Shown here: piece by piece, positions 19,453 through 28,788 of the stretch | How positions within the stretch are numbered: position 1 is the first letter of the stretch | How the letters are laid out: every line of letters starts with the position of its first letter | Assembly (NCBI GenBank): GCA_041302385.1 | Contig: JBFYRF010000019.1 | Location: 1 to 57,719 of the forward strand | DNA length: 57,719 bases | Reading direction: 5' to 3' | From: Anaerolineales bacterium | GTDB taxonomy: Bacteria; Chloroflexota; Anaerolineae; Anaerolineales; E44-bin32 | Translations under genes and position numbers: made by a program | Notes under the pieces: model-generated | The model's database searches: none | The model's input: only the letters and a program-made list of their open reading frames with translations | Told to the model about the DNA's origin: nothing

Positions 19453-20328
19453 ATGCTGCACCCGTCCACGTTCTCCATTGTCGCCCACGACCCGGCCACC
19501 CCTGCCTGGGGCGTCGCCGTCGCCTCGAAGTTCCCGGCAGTGGGCGCGGTCGTGCCCTGGGCCCGGGCGGGCGCCGGGGCCGTCGCCACGCAGTCGGAGG
19601 CCAACACATCCTTCGGTCCGCTGGGGCTGCAGCAGATGGCCGATGGCGAGTCCGCCGAGCGCACGCTGCAGGCGCTGGTCGCCGCAGATCCCGGACGGGG
19701 AATGCGGCAGGTCGGAATGATCGACGCTGCCGGGCGACCCGCGACGTACACCGGCGCCGATTGCTTCGACTGGGCCGGGGGCGCCCTCGGCAAGCACTGC
19801 GCCGTGCAGGGCAACATCCTGGTTGGCCCGGAAGTGGTGGCGCAAATGGCCGCAGCCTTCGAGGCCGCCAAGGGCGAACTGCCGAACCGGCTGTTGGCCG
19901 CCCTGCTCGCCGGCGATCGGGCAGGCGGCGACCGGCGCGGGCGGCAGAGCGCCGCCCTGCTGGTGGTCAAACCGTCCGGCGGCTACGGCGGACACAATGA
20001 CCGCTGGATCGACTACCGGGTGGATGATCACCCGAATCCTGTGCCACGCCTGGCCGAGTTGCTCGAGCTCCACGAGCTGTACTTCGGCCGGAGCTCGCCC
20101 GCCGATCGGCTCCGTCTCGAAGGAGCTACGCTGATCGCTCTGCAACGGATCATGCGGGAAGACGGCTACTACACTGGCGAGGCGAGCGGCCACTTCGACG
20201 AAGCCACCCTTGCCGCCCTGCGCCGCTTCGTCGGCAACGAGAACTTCGAGGGGCGCACCGACCTGGACGCGCGCACAATCGATCGTCCAGTTTTCGAGTT
20301 CCTGCAGCGCCGCGATCCCGTGCCCTGA
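19453..20328 (+). CDS. DUF1028 (Ntn-hydrolase-fold) protein with C-terminal peptidoglycan-binding-like repeat
   Basis: The N-terminus STFSIVAHDPATPAWGVAVASKFPAVGAVVPWARAGAGAVATQ is the DUF1028 signature. The C-terminus GYYTGEASGHFDEATLAALRRFVGNENFE resembles PG_binding_1. Confidence 0.8.
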   Translation: MLHPSTFSIVAHDPATPAWGVAVASKFPAVGAVVPWARAGAGAVATQSEANTSFGPLGLQQMADGESAERTLQALVAADPGRGMRQVGMIDAAGRPATYTGADCFDWAGGALGKHCAVQGNILVGPEVVAQMAAAFEAAKGELPNRLLAALLAGDRAGGDRRGRQSAALLVVKPSGGYGGHNDRWIDYRVDDHPNPVPRLAELLELHELYFGRSSPADRLRLEGATLIALQRIMREDGYYTGEASGHFDEATLAALRRFVGNENFEGRTDLDARTIDRPVFEFLQRRDPVP

Positions 20329-20405
20329 CCCTTCCGCTCGCGCACCAGCCGCCCGACACCGGCAGCCTGCGACGAAGCAGGCAGACCGCTCGACCTTGGA
20401 GACTC

Positions 20406-21239
20406 ATGCCCACACAAGCCAACCTGCACCCCCCCACCGCTCTCTCGCTCGCCGAGATCGAAGGTCTGATCGTCGATATGGATGGTGTGCTATGGCGCGA
20501 TCTGGCGGTGCTTCCGGGCGTGGCCGAGTTCTTCGCTTCCCTCGATGCCTGGGGACTGCCGTTCGTGATCGCCACCAACAATGCCACTTCGCCGGCCTCG
20601 GTCATCCAAGCGCGGCTGCAGGCCGCCGGGGTCGCGCTGACCGAAGCGCAGGTGATCACCTCGGCCGAGGCCGCCGCCACCTTTCTGCAGCAGCAGGTCG
20701 GGCCGGGTACGCCGGTCCTCGTCGTGGGCGAGAGTGGCCTGCGCTCGGCGGTGAGCGAAGCCGGCATGCGGATTGTCGACCGCGCCGACGAGGCGGAGGT
20801 CGTGGTCGCCGGCCTGGAGCGGGGCGCGTTCTGGGACAGCCTGTCGGAGGCCACGCTGGCGATCCGGGCCGGGGCGCTGTTCGTCGCCACCAACACCGAT
20901 GTCACCTTCCCCTCCGAGCGCGGGTTGCTGCCCGGGGCTGGCGCGCTGATCGCCGCGCTCCAGGCCGCTTCCGGCGTCAGCCCGGTGGTGATCGGCAAGC
21001 CTGAACCGCGGCTGTTCCTGGCCGCCGTCGATCGGCTGGCCACACGAACGGAGCGCACCTTGGTCGTGGGCGATCGGGTGGAGACCGATATTCTTGGCGC
21101 CCGACGCGGCGGCCTGCCATCGGCGCTGGTGTTGACCGGCGTCACCCATCGCCAGGACCTGGCTCAATCCGCCGTCCAGCCCGACTGGGTGTTTGACGAC
21201 CTGCCCGCACTGACGGCCGCCCTGCGGGACACACGGTGA
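20406..21239 (+). CDS. HAD-IIA family hydrolase (NagD-like sugar phosphatase)
   Basis: Motif I is DMDGVLWRD. Also present are ATNNATS, GKPEPRLF and VGDRVETDILGA. Confidence 0.85.
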   Translation: MPTQANLHPPTALSLAEIEGLIVDMDGVLWRDLAVLPGVAEFFASLDAWGLPFVIATNNATSPASVIQARLQAAGVALTEAQVITSAEAAATFLQQQVGPGTPVLVVGESGLRSAVSEAGMRIVDRADEAEVVVAGLERGAFWDSLSEATLAIRAGALFVATNTDVTFPSERGLLPGAGALIAALQAASGVSPVVIGKPEPRLFLAAVDRLATRTERTLVVGDRVETDILGARRGGLPSALVLTGVTHRQDLAQSAVQPDWVFDDLPALTAALRDTR

Positions 21240-22300
21240 CGCCCCCGCTCATTCTCGACCTGTCGCTTGAAGAACTGCAGGCCTGGTTCACCCAAAACGG
21301 CGAAGCGCCTTACCGCGCCCGACAGCTCTGGCATCAGCTGTACCGCGCCCTGGCCTCGGACCCCCTGACTCTCAGCGACCTGCCGCTGGCCCTCCGCCAG
21401 CAGTTGCAGCAGGCCTTCGCCTTCTCCAGCTTGGAGCCAACGGCCACCCAACACTCGTCCGACGGCAAGACGACCAAGACCCTCTTCCAGCTGCGCGACG
21501 GTCAGTCGATCGAAGCGGTCTTGATGCGCTATGACCGGCGACGCACGGTGTGCATCTCGACTCAGGCTGGCTGCGCTATGGGCTGCTCCTTCTGCGCCAC
21601 CGGCCAGATGGGCTTCGGCCGCAACCTGACCTCGGGCGAGATCGTCGAGCAGGTGCTGAACGGCGCACGTCTTTTGCGGAACGAGGGAACGCAGCTGACC
21701 AACATCGTGGTCATGGGGATGGGCGAGCCGTTCCACAACTACGAGGCGACGATGCAGGCCATCGACCGCCTGAACGACGGCACGGGTTTCGCCTTTGGCG
21801 CGCGTCGAATGACCGTCTCGACGGTGGGGATCGTCCCGATGATCGAGCGCTTCACCCAGGAGCACCGGCAGGTCAACCTTGCCATCTCCTTGCACGCCGC
21901 CACCAACGCGCTGCGGGACCAGCTCTTGCCGGTCAATCGGCGCTATCCCCTGGAGGCGCTGCTACCCGCCTGCCAAAGGTATGTTGCGCAAACACATCGG
22001 CGGATCAGCTTCGAATGGGCGCTGATTGCGAACGTGAACGACGGGCTCGAGCAGGCGCGGGCACTGACGCAGCTGCTCGCCGGGCTGACCTGCCACGTCA
22101 ACCTGATCCCGCTCAACCCCACCGATGGCTACTCCGGCGCGGCTACTTCGGCCGCGGCGGCCCAGGCATTCGCGGAGTTGCTGGACCGGGCGGGAATCCC
22201 GGCCACGCTCCGTCAGCGGCGCGGGATTGAAATCCAGGCGGGCTGCGGTCAGCTGGCGGCGCCGCTTGCGCGACCGCCGTCGGCTGCGCCGAGCGGGTAG
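21236..22300 (+). CDS. rlmN: 23S rRNA/tRNA (adenine-C2)-methyltransferase RlmN (radical SAM)
   Basis: PYRARQLWHQLY, the radical-SAM CxxxCxxC motif (GCAMGCSFCATGQMG), GMGEPFHNY and NLIPLNP. The GTG start overlaps the previous stop. Confidence 0.93.
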   Translation: MTPPLILDLSLEELQAWFTQNGEAPYRARQLWHQLYRALASDPLTLSDLPLALRQQLQQAFAFSSLEPTATQHSSDGKTTKTLFQLRDGQSIEAVLMRYDRRRTVCISTQAGCAMGCSFCATGQMGFGRNLTSGEIVEQVLNGARLLRNEGTQLTNIVVMGMGEPFHNYEATMQAIDRLNDGTGFAFGARRMTVSTVGIVPMIERFTQEHRQVNLAISLHAATNALRDQLLPVNRRYPLEALLPACQRYVAQTHRRISFEWALIANVNDGLEQARALTQLLAGLTCHVNLIPLNPTDGYSGAATSAAAAQAFAELLDRAGIPATLRQRRGIEIQAGCGQLAAPLARPPSAAPSG

Positions 22301-22373
22301 CCGCCCTGCCTCGCCCGGCAGACAGGCAACAGCACCCCCGCCGGGGAGCCCAGGGAAAGAAACCGGGGGAGGA

Positions 22374-23873
22374 TCAGCCGGTGAAACCGGCCCGGTGCAG
22401 CCGCTCGCCGGCCTCGGTCGTCAGCGGGACCACAACGTGGATGCGTGTCCCCTCTCCCGGCGATGAGTCGATGCGCACCAGACCGCTCACCAGCTCGGTT
22501 CGCTCGCGCAGGTTGAGCATTCCCAGGCTGCCGCGCCGCTCGTAGTCGGCTTCCACCGAACGCACATCAAACCCAACGCCATCGTCGACCACCTCGAGGT
22601 GCAGCAGATCCCGCTCGCGCTGCATGCGGACCCAGATATGCTCTGCCTGAGCGTGTTTGCGGGCGTTGTTGACCGCTTCCTCGGCGATGAAGAACAACAC
22701 CCCCTGCTTGCCGACCTCGAGCTCCTCCACCGCTTCCGGCGAGGCCTCGATAATCACCTGCTGGCCGTGGTTCTCCTTCATGTTGTCGGCCAGGTGCTGA
22801 AACGCCGGCACCAGGCCTTCCGTCTCGAGCACCAGCGGGCGGAGCGTGAACAACATCTGGCGGATTTCCTTCGTCGTGCGTCGCGCCAGTTCCTCGATCT
22901 TGAACAGCTCGTCGGCGGCTGCCTTCGGGTTGCGCTCGATCAATCGGCGAGCGAAGTTGACCCGCATCGCAATGGCGCCGACCGATTGCGTCGGACCGTC
23001 GTGCAGATCACGCGCAAGTTTCTTGCGCGCCTCCTCCTGGCTTTCGGCGATCCGCTCCTTCTCCACCTCCAGCTCCCGGTACAGACGGGCGTTCTGCAGC
23101 GCGATCACTGCTTGCTGCGAAACAGCTTCGAGCAGCTCCAGGCGCTCGCCGTCGAAGTACCCCGGCAACGGGTGGGCAAAGAGCAGCGCCCCGTAGGCCT
23201 CGAGCCCGACAATCAGCGGCACGCACACAGCGACCGCACAGGTCTGCATCGCCGCAAACCGTTGGATCTCGGGATCCCGAGAAGGATCGACCGTTGTCTG
23301 CAGTGAACCGCGCTGCAGCGCCATCGCCAGCAGGCCGGCATGCCCGGGTAAGCGCACACGCAGGTCGGCCGGGCTGAAGCCACGCCCCGTTTCCACGCGC
23401 AGCTGATCGTCCTGGAACAGCAGTAGGCCTCCGACCAGCCGACTGTCCTCCGGCGCGCCGTTGGCGATCGCGCCGGTGCACAGGTCGACGACCATGGTGA
23501 GCACCCGATCGTAGTTCAGCGTGGCGTTGAGGTCCGCCGAGCGGCGGATGATCTGCTTGAGGCGGGCAAGTTCGTGCTCCAAGTCTTCCACCCGACGTGC
23601 CCGGTCACGCCCCACATCGGGCCCCAATGCCGGATCACGCTTGCCCAGGAAGTCGGACAGCCAAAGCAGGACAGGCAAGCCGAGCAGCACCCAGGTCGGC
23701 ACGGCAGAGCCTGCTGCCATCCCGCCGGTCGCCAGCACATGTGCCACAGACCCAGTGACATCCACCAGGTGCATCCTGCCCTTCTGCAGGGTCCGCTCGA
23801 CTCCGATGATCCCGCGGCGGGACGCGCACTGCCCCGCCGGCGATCTGCTCCTAGTATGCCACAGCGAGTCCAT
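22374..23873 (-). CDS. GAF-domain sensor histidine kinase (HisKA_3 / NarL-partner type)
   Basis: N-terminal hydrophobic segment, a GAF-like region, the phospho-acceptor box LARDLHDGPTQSV, and HATPase (EEAVNNARKHA...DDGVGF...GSLGMLNLRERTELVSG). An alternative start is at MHLVDV (23774). No response regulator lies adjacent. Confidence 0.85.
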   Translation of the reverse strand: MDSLWHTRSRSPAGQCASRRGIIGVERTLQKGRMHLVDVTGSVAHVLATGGMAAGSAVPTWVLLGLPVLLWLSDFLGKRDPALGPDVGRDRARRVEDLEHELARLKQIIRRSADLNATLNYDRVLTMVVDLCTGAIANGAPEDSRLVGGLLLFQDDQLRVETGRGFSPADLRVRLPGHAGLLAMALQRGSLQTTVDPSRDPEIQRFAAMQTCAVAVCVPLIVGLEAYGALLFAHPLPGYFDGERLELLEAVSQQAVIALQNARLYRELEVEKERIAESQEEARKKLARDLHDGPTQSVGAIAMRVNFARRLIERNPKAAADELFKIEELARRTTKEIRQMLFTLRPLVLETEGLVPAFQHLADNMKENHGQQVIIEASPEAVEELEVGKQGVLFFIAEEAVNNARKHAQAEHIWVRMQRERDLLHLEVVDDGVGFDVRSVEADYERRGSLGMLNLRERTELVSGLVRIDSSPGEGTRIHVVVPLTTEAGERLHRAGFTG

Positions 23874-24263
23874 CCGGAAGCCTTACGGGCTGTTTACAGA
23901 GCTTCTGCGTGCGGCCCAGCAGACCGTGGAGCCCTTTCGGCGTGGGACCTCGGCTTAAGGAACATGGCCGCAACGGTCACCGGCTGTGCATCCCGTCCGA
24001 GCCTGCGCCAGCGGCCGGTTCCTTTACCACGGACGTTGCCCGCCTGTCCCTCACCCTAGCCCTTCCCAGCCACGGGAGGAGGCTTCCGAGCCCGGTGCAT
24101 GGCAGGCGAGCTGTACTGCCGAAGGGCCACCAGAGGATGGGAGACATGCCAGGATATCGCAACCGGTGGCGCATGCTCACCGTCTTGGAGCACTTCCTCG
24201 GCGATCCGTCACACGCATCGGCCATCTGTGCGAGATCGGGGGGTCATCTCCTTGGCCGCAAGC

Positions 24264-24560
24264 AGATCCTTCGCTCGCTAGCGGGGGCTCAGGATGACAG
24301 GAAGGACGATCAGCTTTCCCCCCCAGTGGCGGTGATCCTCCTGCAACCCCCGCCGATGTCTTCCAGACTGTCCGATTTGGGGTGGCATCCTGAATGCCTC
24401 GAGCACGTGTCACCCCGAACGCCCCGGGCAGGGTGTCAGCCCGATCCATCCGGGCCCAGTCATGCCCATCAACCCGAATAACTGCCAGCCCGAAAGCCCC
24501 GGACAGCTGTCATCCCGATCACCCCGGACAACCGACATCCCGAGCGCCCGCAGCGGAGAG
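24264..24560. repeat. Cluster of degenerate short GC-rich repeat modules inside a ~950-bp non-coding island
   Basis: One module is GATCCTTCGCTCGCTAGCGGGGGCTCAGGATGAC (24266-24299). A series of T/GTCA(C/G/T)CCCGA-type modules follows at ~24407, 24433, 24459, 24507 and 24533. No ORF here has plausible protein-like composition. Confidence 0.45.
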
Positions 24561-24789
24561 GAGGGGCAGCCGGGCATCTGCTTGCCGGGGATCCCGCACG
24601 GATTCGGACCTGGCCCGATGACGGAGAGTCCCCGTCGCCGCGCCCCCGTTTCCCCCTCCGGCCAACTCAGGCGCGTGCCCCTATGCTTGTGAGTGGATCT
24701 CCCGCCGAGATGCACTCTCCGGCAAGTCACATCACAGGGGATGGCCGGCAGCGCGCGCTGGAGCGCAGCGCCTGATCCCGTCTACCGAC

Positions 24790-24818
24790 TTGCCGCACAA
24801 TCGACCCACCTGTATCAT
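24790..24818 (+). promoter_or_regulatory. Putative rpe promoter positioned for a leaderless mRNA
   Basis: TTGCCG (24790-24795), a 17-nt spacer, then TATCAT (24813-24818, preceded by TG). The hexamer ends 6 nt before ATG 24825. Confidence 0.5.
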
Positions 24819-24824
24819 GGGGGC

Positions 24825-25490
24825 ATGATGAACCCTGTGCTGATCGCGCCCTCGATCCTCTCCGCCGATTTCCTGCACCTGCAGGACGCCATCTCCCAGG
24901 CCGAAGCTGCCGGCGCCGACTGGGTCCATATCGATGTCATGGATGGGCACTTTGTCCCCAACCTGAGCATGGGCCCTTTCATTGTCGAGGCCTGCCGGCG
25001 GGCGACCCGGCTCCCGTTGGATGTCCACCTGATGATCGAGAATCCAGACCGCCTGATCCCGGCCTTCATCGAAGCGGGCGCAGACTACCTGACGGTCCAC
25101 GTTGAGACGTGCCCCCACTTGCATCGCACGCTCCAGTCGATCCAGGACCGCAAGGTCCGGGCCGGTATCAGCCTCAATCCCGCCACCCCGGCTGCGGCGA
25201 TCAGCGAGGTCTTGCCGATGCTGGATCTGATCCTGGTGATGTCGGTCAACCCCGGCTACTCCGGCCAAAGCTTCATTGGCAGCGTGGTGCCCAAGATCGA
25301 GCAGATCCGGAAGTCGCTGGATGGGATTGGCTCGGGCGCCCGGCTGCAGGTGGACGGCGGGATCTCAGCCAGGACCGCCCCGGCGGTCGTGCAGGCCGGC
25401 GCCGACGTGCTGGTGGCAGCCAAGGCAATTTTCGGCCATCCAGAGGGGATTGCGGCCGGGCTGGCAGCGCTGCGGCGCTCGATCGCCTAG
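24825..25490 (+). CDS. rpe: Ribulose-phosphate 3-epimerase
   Basis: IAPSILSADFLHLQD...DWVHIDVMDGHFVPNLSMGP...DVHLMI...MSVNPGYSGQSF...VDGGI. The start is at MMNPVL (24825). The upstream extension in the track ORF lies in the repeat island. Confidence 0.95.
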   Translation: MMNPVLIAPSILSADFLHLQDAISQAEAAGADWVHIDVMDGHFVPNLSMGPFIVEACRRATRLPLDVHLMIENPDRLIPAFIEAGADYLTVHVETCPHLHRTLQSIQDRKVRAGISLNPATPAAAISEVLPMLDLILVMSVNPGYSGQSFIGSVVPKIEQIRKSLDGIGSGARLQVDGGISARTAPAVVQAGADVLVAAKAIFGHPEGIAAGLAALRRSIA

Positions 25491-25522
25491 GCGCAAGCTC
25501 CTGCAGGCAACCCAGAATCAAA

Positions 25523-25545
25523 CTGGCCGCCTCAGGGGCGGCCAG
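25523..25545. terminator. Perfect 9-bp GC hairpin between convergent rpe and rpmB (possible bidirectional terminator)
   Basis: CTGGCCGCC-tcagg-GGCGGCCAG. Confidence 0.55.
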
Positions 25546-25571
25546 CGGGTCTTCCCACACACAACGCCGGG

Positions 25572-25751
25572 TCAGGCGCGCGCCAGCCGCTTCAGGCACT
25601 TGGTGCACAGGGTCTTTTGCACCATCCGGCCGTTCTCCAGAATGCGGGCTCGCTGCAAGTTCGGCCTGAACTTGCGCTTGGTCGCCCGCTGCGAGAAGCT
25701 GCGCTGCTGGCCGAAAGCCGTCGTCTTTCCACAATTCGCACACTTGGCCAT
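25572..25751 (-). CDS. rpmB: 50S ribosomal protein L28
   Basis: MAKCANCGKTTAFGQQRSFSQRATKRKFRPNLQRARILENGRMVQKTLCTKCLKRL. The start is at the internal ATG (complement of 25749-25751). Confidence 0.93.
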   Translation of the reverse strand: MAKCANCGKTTAFGQQRSFSQRATKRKFRPNLQRARILENGRMVQKTLCTKCLKRLARA

Positions 25752-25851
25752 GGATCGGACAATCCTTTCCCGTTGGTGAGCTTGTAAGGGTAGAATATAC
25801 CACACTTGTCCTGAGGCCACCATGCCGGCCCGGGCAGCTTGGAGGGCAGCA

Positions 25852-26211
25852 ATGGCGTCGTCTCAAAGCCATCCAGCCGGAAGAATCACGATCTCGCAGA
25901 AGGCGGTCGCCACCATCGCTGCCCAGGCGTCGATGCGCTCCTACGGGATCGTGGGCATGGCTTCGCGCACGCTGGCGGCAGGGATCGTCCAGGCCCTGGC
26001 CAGGGACCCGCGACACGGCGTGGAAGTCACCCAACGCGAAGGCCAGCTGCAGATCGACCTGTATGTGGTGATCGAGTACGGAACGCGTGTGACCTCGGTC
26101 AGTTCGAGCGTTGCCCGCACGGTGCGCTATCAAGTTGAGCGTACGCTGGGCATGCCGATTGGCGACGTCAACGTGCACGTCCAAGACCTGCATATCAGCT
26201 TCACGGAATGA
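25852..26211 (+). CDS. Asp23/Gls24 (YloU-like) family protein
   Basis: ITISQKAVATIAAQASMRSYGIVGM...VIEYGTRVTSVSSSVARTVRYQVERTLGMPIGDVNVHVQDL is typical of Asp23. It is divergent from rpmB, as in Bacillus yloU. Confidence 0.85.
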   Translation: MASSQSHPAGRITISQKAVATIAAQASMRSYGIVGMASRTLAAGIVQALARDPRHGVEVTQREGQLQIDLYVVIEYGTRVTSVSSSVARTVRYQVERTLGMPIGDVNVHVQDLHISFTE

Positions 26212-26227
26212 GGCCGTCGCCCCACTC

Positions 26228-27922
26228 ATGACCTACCTCGCAGCCCAGGTTGACCCGGCGGATCGGGAGAGGCTGGCGGAGAGATTCCGCCAGATTGATG
26301 GTCCCATGCTGCGGGCGCTCGCCGGGGCCGGCCTGACCTGGCTGCGCACCAATCAGCAACTCGTAAACGCACTGAACGTATTCCCCGTTCCCGATGGTGA
26401 TACTGGCACCAACATGACGCTGACCATGCAGGCGGCGCTCGAGGCCGTTGCCGGCTCCGACGAGACCTCGGTCGGTCGGATGGCGAAGGCCATCGCCCAT
26501 GGAGCGCTGATGGGCGCTCGCGGCAACTCAGGGGTGATCCTGTCGCAGCTCTGGCGCGGCCTGGCGCGTGGCCTGGACGACCTGGCGACGATGGACGCGC
26601 CGGCGCTGGCGCAGGCCCTGGATGCCGCCCGCGAAACCGCCTACAAGGGCGTGGTGCAGCCGGTGGAAGGCACGATCCTGACCGTCGCCAAGGACCTTGC
26701 GGGTGCCGCCCTGCAGGTGGCAGCCACCCCTGAGGCGACCAACCTGGATGTGCTGGAGGCCGTGGTCATGGCGGCCGACGAGTCGGTCGAGCGCACCCCG
26801 CAGCTTCTTCCGGTGCTGCGCGAAGCCGGCGTGGTCGATTCCGGCGGTAAGGGGCTGTTTTTCATCCTGGAAGGGATGCTGCGGACGATCTACGGGTTGG
26901 CGCTCAATGAGCCGCTGCTCGAAGTCAAGCCGATCAGCCAGTTGCAGCTTGAACAGACCGCTGAGGCCATCGAGCCCGGTCAGGACTGGGAGGTGATCGT
27001 CGACTTCCAGCCCAACCCAGACCTGGATATCCCCAGCTTCTATCGACAGCTCGGCGAGATGGGCACTTCGATCCAGGTGGGCGAAGGCGATGGGCTATAT
27101 CGGATGCATATCCATGTCGCCGACCGCACGGAGTTCCAGCCGGTTGAGTACGTGCGCTCCTTGGGCACGATCACCAACGTCCGCATCGAGAACTTGATGC
27201 TCCAGGTGCCCGGAGGGAGCACGGCCCCGAGCAAGCCGCCGCTACAGCTGGCGACCCCGTCGCCCGGCCAGATCGCGGTTGTTGTGGTTTCACCCGGCGA
27301 GGGCTTGTCACGTGTCTTCGGCAGCCTGGGCGCGGCTGGCGTGATCGACGGCGGCCAGACGATGAATCCAAGCACGGAGCAGATCCTGCACGCCGTCGAG
27401 CAAGCCCCGACGGATACGGTGATCGTCCTGCCCAACAACAAGAACATTGTGCTCAGCGCCCGCCAGGCGATTGACCTGACGCCGAAGAAGCTGGCGGTCG
27501 TGCCCTCGCAATCCGGCCCGCAGGGCATCGCCGCCATGCTCGCCCTGGATCCGGCCGGCGACCTGGAGTCCGTGGCCGCGGCGATGGAGGCCTGCATGCA
27601 GGCCGTGCGCACGGTCGAGGTGACGGTGGCCACGCGCACGGCCAAGGTCGACGGGGTGGCGGTCTCTGCCGGTCAGACGATCGGATTGCTGGATGACACG
27701 CTGGTGGCTGCGGGTGACGACCTGGCCGCCGTGCTGCAGGAGACCTTCGAAAAGGCGGGCGCCGGAGGGGCCGAGCTGGCCACACTCTACTATGGCGCAG
27801 CCATCCCGCTGCCCGAGGTCAAGCGCTTGGTCGAGCAGTTGACAAGCCGCTGGCCCAGCCTGCAGGTCGAAATCCATGAGGGCGGGCAACCGCACTATCC
27901 CATCATCGCTTCTGTCGAGTGA
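26228..27922 (+). CDS. DAK2-domain protein (YloV / FakA-like fatty-acid kinase subunit)
   Basis: LNVFPVPDGDTGTNMTLTM...GARGNSGVILSQ is the DhaL/DAK2 signature, followed by a long C-terminal DegV-interacting-type region. The start is at MTYLAAQV (26228). Confidence 0.88.
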   Translation: MTYLAAQVDPADRERLAERFRQIDGPMLRALAGAGLTWLRTNQQLVNALNVFPVPDGDTGTNMTLTMQAALEAVAGSDETSVGRMAKAIAHGALMGARGNSGVILSQLWRGLARGLDDLATMDAPALAQALDAARETAYKGVVQPVEGTILTVAKDLAGAALQVAATPEATNLDVLEAVVMAADESVERTPQLLPVLREAGVVDSGGKGLFFILEGMLRTIYGLALNEPLLEVKPISQLQLEQTAEAIEPGQDWEVIVDFQPNPDLDIPSFYRQLGEMGTSIQVGEGDGLYRMHIHVADRTEFQPVEYVRSLGTITNVRIENLMLQVPGGSTAPSKPPLQLATPSPGQIAVVVVSPGEGLSRVFGSLGAAGVIDGGQTMNPSTEQILHAVEQAPTDTVIVLPNNKNIVLSARQAIDLTPKKLAVVPSQSGPQGIAAMLALDPAGDLESVAAAMEACMQAVRTVEVTVATRTAKVDGVAVSAGQTIGLLDDTLVAAGDDLAAVLQETFEKAGAGGAELATLYYGAAIPLPEVKRLVEQLTSRWPSLQVEIHEGGQPHYPIIASVE

Positions 27923-28788
27923 GCATGCCTCAGCCACGCATTGTCACGGATGCCTCCGTGCGCTTCCCATCCAAGGACTTCCTCGCCCGTTACCCGGTGA
28001 CGATCCTGCCGACGACCATCCGGCGCGGCGCCGACTGCCTGCAGGACGGCCCGGCGGTCGACCTGACCGAGGCGATGCCGCTGTTCGAGGGCGACCAACA
28101 GCCCGCAATCTGGGAACCGGCAAGCGTTGAGGCGATCGCCGCCGTTTACGAACGCCTGCACAAGGAGACCAACCGCATCCTCTCGATCCACACGTCGGCC
28201 AGCCTGAATGGCACGGTGGCCAACGCCCGCATCGCCATGCAGCAATTCCTCGGCCGCTGCAACATCCAGGTGATCGACTCCGAGTCGCTCTCAGCCGGGT
28301 TGGGGATGCTGATCCAACAGGCGGCCATCGGCGCCGAGCGTGGCGCCGACCTGGAGGAGATTGTGCGCATCGTGCGCGGCCTGATCCCTCGCCTGTACAG
28401 CGTGTTCTTTCTGGACGACATGACCTATCTGGAGCGCAACCGATTGGTCAGCCGCTCGCAGGCTATCCTGGGCAACATGCTTGGCGTGATCCCCTTCGTG
28501 ACCATGGAGGAGGGCCAGGTCGTGCCGATGGAGAAGGTGCGCTCTCGCTCGCGCGCCATCGAGAAGATGGTGGAGTTCGTCGCCGAGTTCGCCAGCGTGG
28601 ATCACATCGCCGTCTTGCAGAACACCCCCACCGCCGGCGAGGAAACTGAGATGGTGCTCGAGCGCGTGCGCTCGATCCATCCGCATGCCCCCCTCAACGT
28701 GATTGGCTATGGCCCGTCGCTGGCTACCCTGGTAGGGCTGAATGGCCTGGGGTTGGTCGTGCTGGAGTCCGAAGAGGACATGCAGTGA
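27919..28788 (+). CDS. DegV family (FakB-like) fatty-acid-binding protein, copy 1
   Basis: IVTDASVRFP...ILSIHTSASLNGTVANARIA...VIDSESLSAGLGMLI. The start overlaps the previous stop. Confidence 0.9.
   Translation: MSMPQPRIVTDASVRFPSKDFLARYPVTILPTTIRRGADCLQDGPAVDLTEAMPLFEGDQQPAIWEPASVEAIAAVYERLHKETNRILSIHTSASLNGTVANARIAMQQFLGRCNIQVIDSESLSAGLGMLIQQAAIGAERGADLEEIVRIVRGLIPRLYSVFFLDDMTYLERNRLVSRSQAILGNMLGVIPFVTMEEGQVVPMEKVRSRSRAIEKMVEFVAEFASVDHIAVLQNTPTAGEETEMVLERVRSIHPHAPLNVIGYGPSLATLVGLNGLGLVVLESEEDMQ

Noticed and set aside
23909-24481. 190-aa ORF (and several 60-110-aa ORFs on both strands) inside the 23.9-24.8 kb island
   Set aside because: The translations are strings of repeat-derived low-complexity peptides (..LRSLAGAQDDRKDD.., ..CHPE.., ..GMTG..). 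There is no RBS or promoter context. I treat the region as non-coding repeats.
24407-24560. Possible CRISPR array or other regular tandem array, suggested by recurring GTCAxCCCGA modules
   Set aside because: Spacing is irregular (~26 to ~48 bp). The repeats are short and degenerate, with no unique spacers of constant length, and there are no cas genes in the window.
25752-25851. Divergent promoters for rpmB and the Asp23 gene (TAGAAT / TATATT-like boxes near 25793)
   Set aside because: I could not pair any -10 candidate with a -35 element at acceptable spacing on either strand, so no promoter is called.
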